64,000 nucleotides of DNA, taken from assembly GCF_009914755.1 (NCBI RefSeq), contig NC_060925.1; one strand, written 5' to 3'. The position numbers and the translations under genes are program-made. Source of the stretch: the human T2T-CHM13v2.0 reference genome, Homo sapiens. Below the pieces are notes generated by a model, which was not told where the DNA came from, searched no databases, and was given only the letters and a program-made list of their open reading frames with translations. Below, piece after piece: positions 42,350 through 55,526 of this stretch. Position 1 is the stretch's first letter. Each line of letters begins with the position of its first letter.

Positions 42350-43164
42350 CTGAAGTAAAAAAAAAAAAAAAAAATACTGTGAATAACCCACCCAAGGACA
42401 AGCACTAGAATCTCCACTGGCTTCAAGCACTAATGTGAGTCTGAGACTTGCCTTCAAGCTCAGACTGACCCATTTTGAGCACAGACACATGATATATATG
42501 AATCACTGATGGAATTAGGAAACCATCCTAATTGGATGCCACCTTGTGGTCATCATCATATTTCATTTAGCTGTTTTCCAAGACTACTGCCATTTTGAGA
42601 CAGTATAAATAATACTGGACTCTATATCAGATATATGTTTTGTAGACCTAAGATAAAGCTGGATAGCTGGCTTTATGAAGAACATCTGGAATTGTGTTGG
42701 TGAATGTGTTTCCACAGTACTTTGAAGGCCCTTCACACTTGCTCAGGGAAGGAGGAGCTGGGGTCCAGAGTGTCTTCCACAGCAGCCAGCTTTGGAAAAG
42801 GGTACCAGGCAGAGGCAGCACCTGTGGATACAGTCACCAGCAGCCATGTTGCAGCACAGGGAGCAGAGCCAAGTGCACTGGGATGGAAGACAGGGCATTG
42901 TCACTGCTGGCAATGCCAGTTGCCATGGGTAAACTTTACTCTCAATTCCTATAAAGACATGAAGCACCTCTGTCCCAATATCCTTTCAAATGCGAGAAGG
43001 CAGTTTCCAACAGAGCACAGTGGTGGAAGAAGAAGAAAGATCTTTTATTATTTTGTCTTATTGAGTTTAGTCAATTTAAATAGGCTAGTTTCAGTAGTAA
43101 TAATGCCAATAACAATTATTTTTATAATGCTTACTAGATAATTTTCATCAATTTAAAAATGGGT

Positions 43165-43350
43165 TAGGCTCAAGTGTCCCAAATTCCTCACATAGCCACT
43201 CTTTGTTAGCTACATTACCTTGAACCTACTGCTTTAACCTTGAAGCTCCTCAGTTTTCTCATCTGTAAACTGAGAATAATGAGTGTCATCTGCACAGGAT
43301 TATTGTTAAAATGGAATTAAATGATGTAAGTTCTCAATTAACATTATTTA
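43165..43350 (+). mobile_element. MIR
   Basis: cctcagttttctcatctgtaaactgagaataatg...cacaggattattgt. Confidence 0.8.
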
Positions 43351-43460
43351 CTACTGTTAATTCTCCAAACAACACTAGGAAAGGTATCATTTTTACCAAT
43401 AGAGAATAAAAATATATCTTTCAAAAGAGTCTACAAAATTCAGGATTTGAATGTTATTTG

Positions 43461-43971
43461 TGTTATGACTGGGCCCAAATTATTATTTATTTATAGGCTT
43501 CCCAAGGTCTCCCTGCTTTTTCTCTTGTCCTGACTGAGGACCACAGAGTGCCTTGACTTCTCTGTGGCTGGACCAGCTGTGTAAATTTTCCTGGAGGCTT
43601 GAACCCAAGCTAGAGTCTTGAACATTCCTAGGCACTTATAAAGGTGTCTAGAATATTGCCCCAAACAATGAAAGAAACTAGCCCCCGCCAGAAGTAAATT
43701 CCTTAAACCCTCATATAAATTCCGTACCCTGAGCCCTTGGACCAATATACCTATGCAGAACATTGCTTTCTTTGCTGTCTGTTGGGAACATATACAGTTA
43801 ACACTCTAAGGAAGTTCCCCTAATAAACGCTTTGGATTGATCACCCTGGCATTTAGTGCTCCTTCATTTGGAATAATAATTGGCACACCTCCAAAAGTTT
43901 GGGCACTCCCTTGAGGGAACTCCAGCTGCAGCTTTTAGGGTGACTCCAGTAGAGGATCAGTCTGAAGGACA
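43461..43971 (+). mobile_element. ERVL-class solo LTR (MER54/MER73/MER74-like)
   Basis: tg...ca ends; gcttgaacccaag...ttgaacattcctaggcac; aaattccttaaaccctcatataaa; AATAAA at 43822. Confidence 0.7.
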
Positions 43972-44639
43972 TGCTACTGAAAATGCTGTCGTTTTTAGGT
44001 CAGGCACTTGAGGGATGCTAAAAAACTAAACTTCGACAGAAATGATTTTTTCTAATGCTATAGAAGCTTTAGAAAGCATAATAAGTCAGGGTGATAATTC
44101 TGTGCCACAGTCAGAAGAGATGGATTTAAACAAACAGAAAAATGTCCCTGATAGACTTTTTTATTTGATATTTTCATAGGTCTGTAATAGTGATTGTTAA
44201 ACAATTTTTAAATTTCCTAAGGATAGTCACACACTAAAGCTTTTAACTATGGAGTCAGCATGGGACATATTGCACCTGTAGTCAAATTGATTGAGGTCAC
44301 ATCATTTATAAATGTTCTCTTGCCATGTTTTATGGTTATCTGATTGTTTTAATTAAAATATTTTAGAAATGCAACCAAAGTTTAAAATAGTCAATATATA
44401 CTATATTTTAAAGGCATTGTATGTTTAGCACACAATAAAAATAATTTAGTTTTCTTTTGTCTTATTTTCATTACCATGATGAAAATTAAACAAATATGTT
44501 TTATACAAAGAACAAAAAATAAAAACCCTCCAAACTTTCACCAAAATATACGGAATCATGAAATCATATATTGCTTCATGGTAGTTGAATTTCTAGTAGA
44601 TTTTCTATAATGTATAAATATATATTAATAAAATGACTA

Positions 44640-44990
44640 GCTAAATATTTAGTACAAAATTATAATATGCCAGAAGTTGCATAAGAATCAAGAGTACTAA
44701 GGCAATTTGAAATGACTCTTGCCTTGAAGAGATCCTATTCTAGTTGTTGAGAAAGACACTCTTGAAGGAATAATTACAATACTTTGTGATAAGGGATTTT
44801 TTTTAAGTTCTAAGGGAAGACAAAGAAGAAATTGCCTGAATAATTAAGGACATGTTATATCCTTAAGATAATTAGATCTCTCTCGAGTAGACAAGAGGAA
44901 ACAACTCCAAATAGAGAGCAGGAAGAAATTTGAATGAACAATGTGATGCCTCAGCAATTGATGGAAAAGGTTGACTGTGAGGAAGCCTGT
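44640..44990 (-). mobile_element. L2 fragment
   Basis: cttgccttgaagagatcctattctagtt...aataattacaatactttgtgataag. Confidence 0.6.
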
Positions 44991-45489
44991 ATGACAAGTC
45001 CAGTACAGAAAGAAGTGTTAATGAAATGGCAGGACTTCAGTTTTGTGTGTATAGGAATATAAGGCAGACTTGAAATCTGTCCCAGTTTGCAAATGTCATA
45101 TCTCAATGATGTTTGGAAATGACCTGCAACAATCCAGCCTGCAGTGTTTACTTTAGGCTGTGCTGAACTGATTTGGACAATTGCTCATGTTAGGGGGGGA
45201 AATAAATATGAATATTCCCAGGGTAACATGTAGTTATGATGGACAGTCATGTCAATTGATTACGACTTGTACATTTCTGCCAGGCTAGAAAGTAGTGAGA
45301 ATCCCCCAAAGCCTCTCATAATGGTCACAGGAGTACAAAGTCACCTCCTCTCTAACACTTTAGAAAAGACACAGATTGAACTTCTTACAAACATCGGATG
45401 GAATTCTCACTTCAATCAATCTATGTGTGCTTTCCAGGGAATTTAAGAGGCGAGGACTTGAACCTCTAAAAACAAAAATGAAAAACAAA

Positions 45490-45720
45490 ACTACATGTGT
45501 CTACTAAACTATGTAACCACTTACCCAGATATATGGCATTTTTATCAATATTTTCTCCTCTATGAAATGCAAATGCTACTACTACTAATATCAATGATTA
45601 TTACTGATAATAATGTGTATTTTTATAGTTATTTTGAGGTTTAAATATGCTAATCATTAACAATGATTACAGCAGTGTCTTATAGAGATAAAGCACGACA
45701 TAAATGCTACAATTATTACT
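45490..45720 (+). mobile_element. MIR, decayed
   Basis: ttttctcctctatgaaatg...tagttattttgaggtttaaat...ataaatgctacaattatt. Confidence 0.55.
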
Positions 45721-47459
45721 ATAATTTATTAATATCAATATTATGAAAACTTTTATTTTGCTTATCTGCTGGTGTCTTTCTTTCATTTTTCATCAAAATT
45801 GTAATAATAATTTGAGGCATAAAAGTGGTTAGATACAAATCATAATATGTGTTTGGAAATTACCCTATGTTAATAGATATATGTAGCATTTGATTTTAGG
45901 GAAATGACTCCTGAAATCCTACAGATATAATTATAGGTATGAATTACTATGAGCAGAAAGCCTAGTCAGAAACAGTCTAATAAAACAATAACTAAAACAC
46001 AATATAAACCTAAAGTTAGGTAGTGGAATGAAAGCTGCACCGTCTATAGAAAATTAATCAAATTGGAGGACAGAGGCCCCACAAAGAGAATACGGCAGAT
46101 GAACCTCCTTAGGGTGCCTTGCCAGGGGTTAATGTCTCTATGATTAAGGATCTTTCCTATCTTTATCAAATATGTTTAAGACCTATCATATTGCCGAGTC
46201 ATAGTAGTATTTCTTTATTTCTTTTAAAAACTTAAATTTTAATTATATTAAACTAGATTTTTGATCATTTGGATCTGGAAAGACCTGGGGAAATTCAAAA
46301 TAAAACAACACCTAAAACATTTTTTTCAAAACTACAGATAATTAACAATATAGATTTTGACATCACTATAATCTAGGTGTTAAAGTGATGAGTAGATAAT
46401 ATAAACCAATACATTTTCTTCAAATGTAGGTGGAATGTTTCAGAATTTCCAATTTGAAGCAGCTCACTGTGCAAAGCCTATTAATGTGTTCCTTCTATCA
46501 TCCACATATGAAGGAATTAGAATTCTTTGGTTGTAGGCCTGGAAAAAGATTTGTGAATCATTTAATTTGAAGCATGTCAGTTAACCTGTGTGGAATATTC
46601 TTTCTTTGAAAATAATATTATTTTGAACTTACATTCAAGTAGTAAAGAGAAAAACGATATAAACTTTAGAAAAAAAGAAACTAAAGTTTTAGTACTAAAA
46701 TAAAAATAAAAATTAAGAGAATACTAATAAACAATAATGAGACGGGGTTTAATATTAATATTCATCTTACCAAAATCAAACAGAATTGGCTAACGTGCAA
46801 CAAGAACTCACACAAGGCATCTTTCCTCAGTCCTCTTTGCTTTCTTCTCTTATGCCATCTGTCCAACTCAACATTATAGCCTATATATGCTACAACTACT
46901 TCTCCACTTATTAATAGCTCATCAATTATTTTACATGTAAATATTTAATGCATACTATATATCTTTTATGTTCCAATGATGAAAATTTGAAATGACATCC
47001 CCTTTTGTCACTTAAAGTTTAATGCTAAATATTTGGTGTGGGTTTTGATTTTATCCTACATAAAAAGTATAAAATTATTACTATTTCAGGGATAGTGACA
47101 GAAGACCCAAGAATCACAGGTGAAGAGTCATACAATTTTATTATTCTTGGAAAAGTACACGCCACGAGTGTCATGCTAGCATTGGTTTTCTTTATCTTCT
47201 ATGTTCTGTTGAGATCAAGTGAAAAGCCTGCACACGCAGTGGGTTATAGGAGAGAAGTACTGAACTTGGAGGATCTTGTCTTATTTATAAGCAAGAAATA
47301 AGCAATCTCTTTTCATGTTGCAGAAAGAGACATTGCTTCATCCATCAAGATTGCTCTTGGCAAAATCCAAAAGCAATAGCCAGGACCTTACAGTCTTTAT
47401 ATACACAGAAAGCCAGGTAGAACTGTGAGAGACAAATGGAGAACTGTCTCCCAAGAGTA

Positions 47460-47850
47460 AAATAAAGAGAAATAATTTACATTACAAACCATTGTGATAA
47501 ATTCTGTGAATGGAGAGGATTAATATGCTATAGATGCAGATAGCAGGTAAGTAACTTGAGAGTTGATTGCGCCAATTTTCCTGAAGGAACTAGCTTTTAA
47601 GTGAGGACCATAAGTATGATTATAATAAATTTAATTTGTAGATGGAGAAAAGATTACAGAGAAAGGCATCAGAAAAAAACTGTAACATGGTGAAGAAAAG
47701 TTGAATATTATTTTAGCTGGAAATTAGAGTGTTAGAATATTGATATAAAAAAAGAAGCTGAAAAGAAAGCAAGTGCAGAATCATATAAGAATTTGTAAGC
47801 TATATTTAGAAACACAGATATTACATTAAAAATCTTAAAAACCACTAAAT
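47460..47850 (-). mobile_element. L2 fragment
   Basis: cattgtgataaattctgtgaa...ttcctgaaggaactagcttttaag...cagaatcatataagaatttgtaagc. Confidence 0.5.
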
Positions 47851-48804
47851 ATTAACATCTATCCATCCATTAATCCATTCCATATTCAATATATTCACCT
47901 TAGAATTTTATGTGCTTAGAAAGTGTGCTTTTGTCAAAGAGAAAAACATGAATATCAGTGAAACAGATTAGATAACCCAAAAATAGGCCCCATCAAATAT
48001 ACCCAACTGATATTTCACAAAGAGGAAAAAGCAGTTCAATGGAAGAAGCAGAGCTTTTCAGCAGGTAGAACTGGAGATTTTGGACATCCATAGGCAAAGA
48101 CACAAAAGTCACACTTTTTACATTACATGATCAAAAATTGATCATGGACTTGAATGTAAAATGTAAAACCTTAGAACTTTCAGCAAACAAAAACATGGGA
48201 GAAAATCTTAGAGATCTATGGCTAGAAAGTGAGTTCTTAAATTTCATACTAAAAATATCATTCATAAGAGGAAAATTTGATATAATATTTCATCACAATG
48301 AAAACTGTTCTGGGAAAGACCCTCTTAAGAGTATATAAAGAGTAGCTATAGATTGAAAGAAAATATTTGTAAACCACAAATCCAACAAAGGATGAGTATA
48401 CACTTTTTTAAAATTCTCAAAACTTAATAGAAATAATCCAATTAAAATATGGACAAATGACATTGACAGACATTTCATTGAAGAGAATATAGAGATGGCA
48501 AATATGCATATGAAAAGATGTTTTATATTATTAACCATTAGAAAAATGCAAATTAAAACCACAATGTGATGCCACTACACACCTACCAGAATGGCTAAGA
48601 TTAAAAACAATAGTAATGCTGGTGAGGATGCTGAGAACCTGGCAAATTAATACCTCATGGTGGAAATACAACATAAAATAGTTATGCTGGAAAACTAGCA
48701 GTTTACTAAATAACTAAATATGCAGCTACAATTGGAACACAAAATTTTCTCCCTGGGCCTTTGTCCTAAGAGAAATGAAAACTTATGTAAAAACTTTGCA
48801 CACA

Positions 48805-49118
48805 GGCCAGGCACGGTGGCTCACGCCTGTAATCCCAGCACTTTGGGAGGCCGAGGTGGGCAGATCACGACGTCAGGAGATCAAGACCATCTTGGCTAAC
48901 ACGGTGAAACCCCATCCCTACTAAAAAAATACCAAAAAAAGAAAAATTAGCCAGGCGTGGTGGCAGGCACCTGTAGTCCCACCTACTCAGGAGGCTGAGG
49001 CAGGAGAATGGCGTGAACCCGGGAGGCGGAGCTTGCAGTGAGCCGAGACTGCTGCCACTGCACTCCAGCCTGGGCTACAGAGCGAGACTTCGTCTCAGAA
49101 AAAAAAAAAAAAAAAAAA
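48805..49118 (+). mobile_element. AluY
   Basis: gaatggcgtgaacccgggaggcggagcttgcag; TSD aaaaact(t)tgcacaca. Confidence 0.95.
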
Positions 49119-49212
49119 CTTGCACACAGATGTTCATATTAGCTATACTCAGAATAGCAAAACAATGGAGGCAACTCTGATGTTCTCCAATAGGTGAACA
49201 GTTAAACAAACC

Positions 49213-49460
49213 CATGTATATATATGTATATATGCACATGCATATACAGGTATGCACATATATATGCATATATAGGTATGCACATACATATGCATATATA
49301 GGTATGCACATATATATGCACGCATATATGCCTATATATCTATATACACATGCATATATATTTACATATATACACGTGCATATGTATGTACCTATATACA
49401 CATGCATATATGTGTGTGTATGTGTGTATATATACATATACACACACATGCACACATACC
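49213..49460. repeat. Complex (TA/CA/TG) alternating purine-pyrimidine microsatellite
   Basis: Seen directly. Confidence 0.9.
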
Positions 49461-49500
49461 CACACCATGGAATACTACTCAGCATTAAATAAACTATTAT

Positions 49501-49557
49501 TATACATGCAAGACATGCATGATATACATGCAAGACATGCATGATATACATGCAAGA
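49501..49557. repeat. Perfect 22-bp tandem repeat x2.6 (tatacatgcaagacatgcatga)
   Basis: Seen directly. Confidence 0.95.
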
Positions 49558-50046
49558 ACTTAGATGAATCTCCACAGAATTATGCTCACTGAAAGAAAAA
49601 GTCTCAAAATCTTACTTACTTGTAGGTATAATTTCATTTACCTACATTCTTGAAATGACAGGAGGTCAGAAATGAAGAACAGGTAATTGCCAGGCATTAA
49701 GGAAATGGAAGCATGTGTGGCTGTTGAAGAGTAACAAGAGGTCTCTAGTGATGATGGAATTGTTTTATATTATGATTTTATCCAGTTAGAATTATGATTA
49801 TGATGTTGTATGATAGTACAATATACAACTATAGTATGATAGTATTGCTAGACGTTTACACTGGAGGAAACTGAATAAAGGGCAAGCAGAATCTATCTGT
49901 ATTATTTATTACAAATGCAGGTAGATCTACACTTATCTTGAAACAAACAGTTTAATTTGAAAATAAAAGAAATGCATGTATTTGGAAATAGTCTATTGCT
50001 ATTTCGCCAGTACTTACATGAGTTCTGTGCTAATGTGGAACATACT

Positions 50047-52361
50047 TGATGTGGTTTGGTTCTGTGTCCCCACCCAAATCTCATATCGAATTGTAATCTT
50101 CACATGTTGAGGGAAGGTCCTACTGGGAGGTGACTGGATCATGGAGCCAGTTTCCCCCATGCTGTTCTCATGATAGGAGGGAGTTCTCATGAGTTCTCAT
50201 GAGATTTCAAAGTTTAAAAGTGGCAATTTCCCTTGCATGGTGTCTCTCTCCTGCTACCATATGAGACATGCCTAGTTTCCCTTTCACATTCCACCATGAT
50301 TGTAAGTGTCCTGAGGCACCCCCCAGCCATGCAGAACAGTAAGTCAAGTAAACCACTTTTGTTTATAAATTACTCTTTCTCAGGTAGTATCTTCATATCA
50401 GTGTGAAAATTGACTAATACAGAAAATTGGTACTGGGAGTTTGGGCACTGCTATAAAGATATCTAAAATGTGGAAGCAACTTTGGAACTGGGTAACAGGC
50501 AGAGGTTGGAATAATTTGGAGGGCTCAGAATAAGACAGGAAGCTGTGAAAAACTTTGGAACTTTCTAGAGGCTTGTTGAATGGTTTTGACCAAAATGCTG
50601 ATAGTGATATGGACAATGAAGTGCAGGCTGAGGTGGTCTGAGATTGAGATGAAGAACTTATTGGGAACTGGAACAAAGGTAACTCTTGCTATGCTTTAGC
50701 AAAGAGATTGGTAGCATTTTGCCACTCCCCTAGAGATTTGTGGAACTTTGACTTGAGACAGATTATTTAGGGTATCTGGCAGAAGAAATTTCTAAGCAGA
50801 AAAGCATTCAAGATATGACCTGGCTTTTCCTGAACATGGACGGTTATATACATTCACAAAGAGAGGATTTGAAATTGGAACTTATGTTTAAAAGGGAAGC
50901 AGAGCATAAAGATTTGGAAAATTTGCAGCCTGACCACGTGGCAGAAAAGAAACACCCATTTTCTGGGGAGAAATTCAAGCCAGCTGCAGAAATTTGCATA
51001 AGTCACAAGGAGCCTAGTGTTAATAGCCAAGGCAATAGGGAAAATGTCTCCAGGGCATGTCAGAGGTCTTCGACACAGCCCCTCCCATCACAGACCCAGA
51101 GGGCTAGAAGGGAAAATGGTTTTCTGGGTGTTGCCCGAGGCCCTGCTGCTATGTACATCCTCGGGACTTGGAGCCCTGCAACTCAGCTGCTCCAGCTTCA
51201 GCCATAGCTAAAAGAGGCCAAGGTACCACTCTGGCCATGGCTTCAGAGGGTGCAAGCCCCAAGCCTTGGCAGCTTCTATGTGTTATTGGGCCTGTGGGTG
51301 CACAGAAGATAGCATTTGAAGCTTTGAAGCCCCTGCCTAGATTTCAAAGAATGTATGGAAACACCTGGATGTCCAGGCAGAAGTCTTGCTGGAGGGGCAG
51401 AGACCTCATGGAGAACCTCTGCTAGGGCACTGTAGAAGAAAACTGTGGGGTTTGATCTCCCACACAGAGTCTCCACCAGGGCATTGCCTAGTGGAGCTAT
51501 GAGAAGAGGACCACTGTCCTCTAGACCCCAGAAATGTAGATCTGCCAACAGTTTGCACCATGTGCCTAGAAAAGCCATAGACACTCAATGCCAGCCCATG
51601 AAAGCAGCCACAGGGACTGTAGCCTGCAGAGCCACAGTGGTGGAGCTGCCCAAGGCCATCAGAGCCCACCTCTTGCATCAGTGTGCTCTGTATACAAGAC
51701 GTGGAGTCAAACGAGATTATTTTGGAGCTTTAAGGTTTAATGATTGTCCTGCCCAGTTTCAGATTCTCATGTGACCTGTGGTCCCTTTGTTTTGGCCAAT
51801 TTCTCCCATTTGGTATGGGAACATTTACCCCAGTGCCTGTACCCCTATTGTATCTTGGAAGTAACTATCTTTGTTTTGATTTTACAGGCTCATAGGCAGA
51901 AAGGACTTGACTTTTATCAGATGAGACTTTGGACTTGGACTTTTGGGTTAATGATGGAATAAGTTATGATTTTGGGGGCGGTTAGGAAGGCATGATTGGT
52001 TTTGAAATGTTAAAAGAACATTAGATTTGGGCAGTGCCCGGGGTGGAATGATATGGCTTGGTTCTGTGTCCCCACCCAAATCTCATGTCAAATTGTAATT
52101 TCATTGTTTCCCCCATGCTATTATCGTGATAGTTCAAGAGTTATCATGAGATCTGATGGTTTAAAAGTGGCAATTTCACCTGTATGCTCTCTCCTGCCAG
52201 CATGTAAGACACCTTACTTCCCCTTTGCTTTCTGTCATGATTGTAAATTTCCTGCAGCCTCCCCCACAATGTGGAACCATGAGTCAACTAAAAATCTTTT
52301 GTTTACAAATTACCCAGTCTCAGGTAGTATCCTTATAGCAGTGTAAAAATGGACTAATGTA
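50047..52361 (+). mobile_element. Full-length THE1D-like MaLR provirus (5' LTR 50047-50421, internal region, 3' LTR 52049-52361)
   Basis: Two LTRs (tgat...gactaataca / gactaatgta); internal region starts gaaaattggtac; perfect TSD atact at 50042-50046 and 52362-52366; broken internal ORFs. Confidence 0.95.
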
Positions 52362-55300
52362 ATACTCTTGGTCTTTTTTCCCTGAATATTATTGTCCAAA
52401 TAATTAAGTCTGAATAGACTTCCCAGAAGCCACATTACAGTCTTTAGAATTTTGAACAAAAAGCATGAGAGTCTCACCATTAGTTTTGTTTTTGGACAAA
52501 TTACATATCCTTTTTCTGCTCCAATGATTTAAATATATAATTGAAAAATCCTGTAAATAACATTATTCATTAAAAACCAGTTTTTCATTTTATATTTAAT
52601 ACATTGAAGATGAAAAACTATTCCATATTTAAACCCTATAAATTCCAAATTCTGAGGGTTCTCTCTTACAAACTAGCAATTCTTTTTTGACACAAATTTC
52701 TTTTAAAACTTTAAAAAATATACTCAGTAGCTTCCAACACATGCTTCCAATATTCAGTTTTCCTACCTCTTCGCTTAAAGCCACAAATTTATTAAGCCTA
52801 GAATCTTTCTTCTAAATTATTGCAGACAAATTATAACACATATTTCACAACTTTATGTATGGATGATTGTTTTTCAAGCCGCCAATAATAATTTTCTCAC
52901 TACCCCTGTCAGGTCCTGAAGTCAATACCATATATTTTAGCATTTTTGTTACTGCAGGATCCCATTTCTAGGAATGTACTTTTGAAATAGTTTTTACTAG
53001 ATTGTGCTAGAATAACAAGTAGCAAGTGACTCCAAAAATTTCAATTATTTCTTACACAAAACAGAGTGGACATGAAGCTTTTCGGGACATAGCACTCTTT
53101 AGAGATGGTAGAAACATGTAAATTCTCTTAAGCTTCTGCTCAGTACTGACACATTGACATTATACTGGAGTATGATGAATCCATGAATGGCACTGCCAAA
53201 GCACAGTAAATATATTTCAACTTCTGGGATTCACACAGCAGTGGGATAAGATGCATAATCATCTTACTTGAAAGGGACGACTTGGTGGAAGTGAAATTTA
53301 ATTACCACAAATTATTATGTTTTTTGTACCTCACCATGTTCATATTTATATAGGTTGCTTGTTAGAATTTAGATATAAAACTCAAAGTAATATTTTCTTT
53401 TTGTAATAGGGTGTATGAAAATTTAAAAATTCCCCAAATTATTCATTATATGAAAAGTGTTTTTGACACATCTCAGTATTTTCCATTTAATATATCATGA
53501 ATCATTACAATTATTATTAAAATAATGCGTGCATTGTTTCAGCCCTCTGATTATGGTATTTCTGTTCTTGAAAGAATTCAAATGTCTAAGACTGGATACC
53601 TTGTTTTGACTATTTGAAAAATAAACTAAAGAAAGTTTCCCATCTCTAGTCATACTTCTTGTACATGACCTGGTTATCACTTATTTCCTTCAGAGTGCCC
53701 TTATTTATTATTTACATTCAAGATAAATAAAAACTGATAATACCAACATACTTTTTCATTTTTATTTCCAGCACTGAAAAATGGGTTATTTAAAAGAAGT
53801 TATAAAAATGTAGGAAGTTTAAGAAAATTATAATGTCATAATATAAGATGTAAATAACACTGAATTTTATAAGCTTTGATATTTATTTTAAAATTTTTAT
53901 TTAAATTATTTTCTGACACTAGAAAATCCTAAGCCTGGTTATATCATGCTCATCTAGTAACAATTTCCAAAGCATATTTAATGGATTAAACAGTTATTAC
54001 TCAACGACGAAGGGCAAGGGTAAATAAATCCTTAGGTAAAGGAAAATATTCGAAGGTTCTCTCTACTTTTCATTCAGTACATTTTACTAAATATTAGAAA
54101 CAAATGGGCACAATGCAATTTGAGGATAAATTAATTCTAGGGTTAAGCCATCTTCTAGAATGAATGAAGGGGAATGATGTTCATTTGCCTAAGCAGCGTT
54201 GTAATATTTAAGAATAATAGAATCCAGTCAACAATTACAATATTCCAAATAGATTTTTTAAAAAGTTTTACTCAATCAGCTCTGTGACTTTTATTCACAA
54301 GTTTTATTTGGAAATAAATTTGCCTAGAAATGGTGTTTATTTTCAACATTATGTTCTCTCAGTGTTCCATATTACCAGATAAAATTGTTTCATTTTGTTA
54401 AATTTAAGATAATTTACAAACTATTATACGTACAAATTTGCTGTAGCCTAATGATCCAGGCATGATTCATCTAGAGAATGTACGCAGCATTTACATGCAT
54501 GACCCAAAGTTTTACAATAGTTATAAAAAGCACTATTTTTCCTTCAGTAACTAAGTGATTTCTAACAATAAAGTTCTCTATAACCTTTGAAACCACAGCT
54601 ATTTTTGGGGTACTGGGTACTTGCATTGGTTTAAATTAACAAACAATAACAACTCATTATTTTTTATTGTCAGATAAGGGGTTTAATATTATATCTTCAT
54701 TCTTATCCATAAAATGAAGTTATGTATTTTTCTAAAATTTGTAAAGAACAGGAATTCAGAGCTTGAAAACTTAAACAGTAAACTAACTACAGATTTGACA
54801 ATGGTATACAACAGCTTGTGCTGATAATTGTTAACAAGTACATTTGTACAATTGATTGGAACAGTGAAGGTGAACTGACACTCCTGAGGATGATCTATAG
54901 ACGTTTTAACTCCCAGGCAGATCTCAATTCTTTGGAGCAATTGAATGTCTGCAGAGAGAACCAAAATATACTTGAATTGCTATCACTGAACTCTCTAAGC
55001 AACTTATGATTTTTCTCATGTGGAAGAATGAAGTGCACCCCGTCATTAATTTTAAAGCACCATTTCCTCTTGTAAGAGTCTATAAAAGTCATTGTAATTA
55101 TCCTGCTGATTTTACTAAAATTACTATTCCTTTTTTCACATTTAAACAAAAATAATTATAAAACAATTATCCCACTTTCTGGCTCCATCACTGCCAGAGA
55201 AATATGTTGAAGTAGCACGGTAACCTCCTGGTCTCTTAAGGCTAAGGAGAAACATAAAAACATAAAATAAATATCTTAAATTCCCATTGTCTACAACTAC

Positions 55301-55420
55301 TTGCAAAGTAAAACTTTATAAAATTTAACTATAATTATGTTTATTTACTTTTTTATGTATTTCTTTTTAAAATTTTTAAATTTATTTTTTTAAATTGATA
55401 TATAATAATTGTATATATTG

Positions 55421-55526
55421 AGGTAGAAGGTGATCTTTCTATGCGTACATATAGTGGTTTGATCACTGTAATTAGGTAGAAGGTGATCTTTCAATACATA
55501 CATATAGTGGTTTGATCACTGTAATT
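55421..55526. repeat. 53-bp tandem duplication in L1 3' UTR
   Basis: aggtagaaggtgatcttt...gatcactgtaatt x2, 3 mismatches. Confidence 0.95.

Larger units (their letters stand above)
47930..49970 (+). mobile_element. L1MD-type 3' portion (ORF2 end plus 3' UTR)
   Basis: gacagacatttcattgaagagaatatagagatggcaaatatgcatatgaaaagatg; tail ggaaactgaataaaggg...ctgtattatttattacaaatgcaggtagatctac. Confidence 0.85.

Noticed and set aside
42694-43141. 145-aa and overlapping ORFs as a CDS
   Set aside because: No recognisable domain; explained by locally higher GC
45519-45530. Minus-strand donor TGG|GTAAGT
   Set aside because: Lies in a decayed MIR with no convincing upstream acceptor
49075-49575. 166-aa and overlapping Y/I/C/M/H-rich ORFs
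   Set aside because: Translation of a dinucleotide microsatellite and an Alu tail
50815-51962. Cluster of overlapping ORFs
   Set aside because: Decayed THE1 internal region with higher GC; not a host gene
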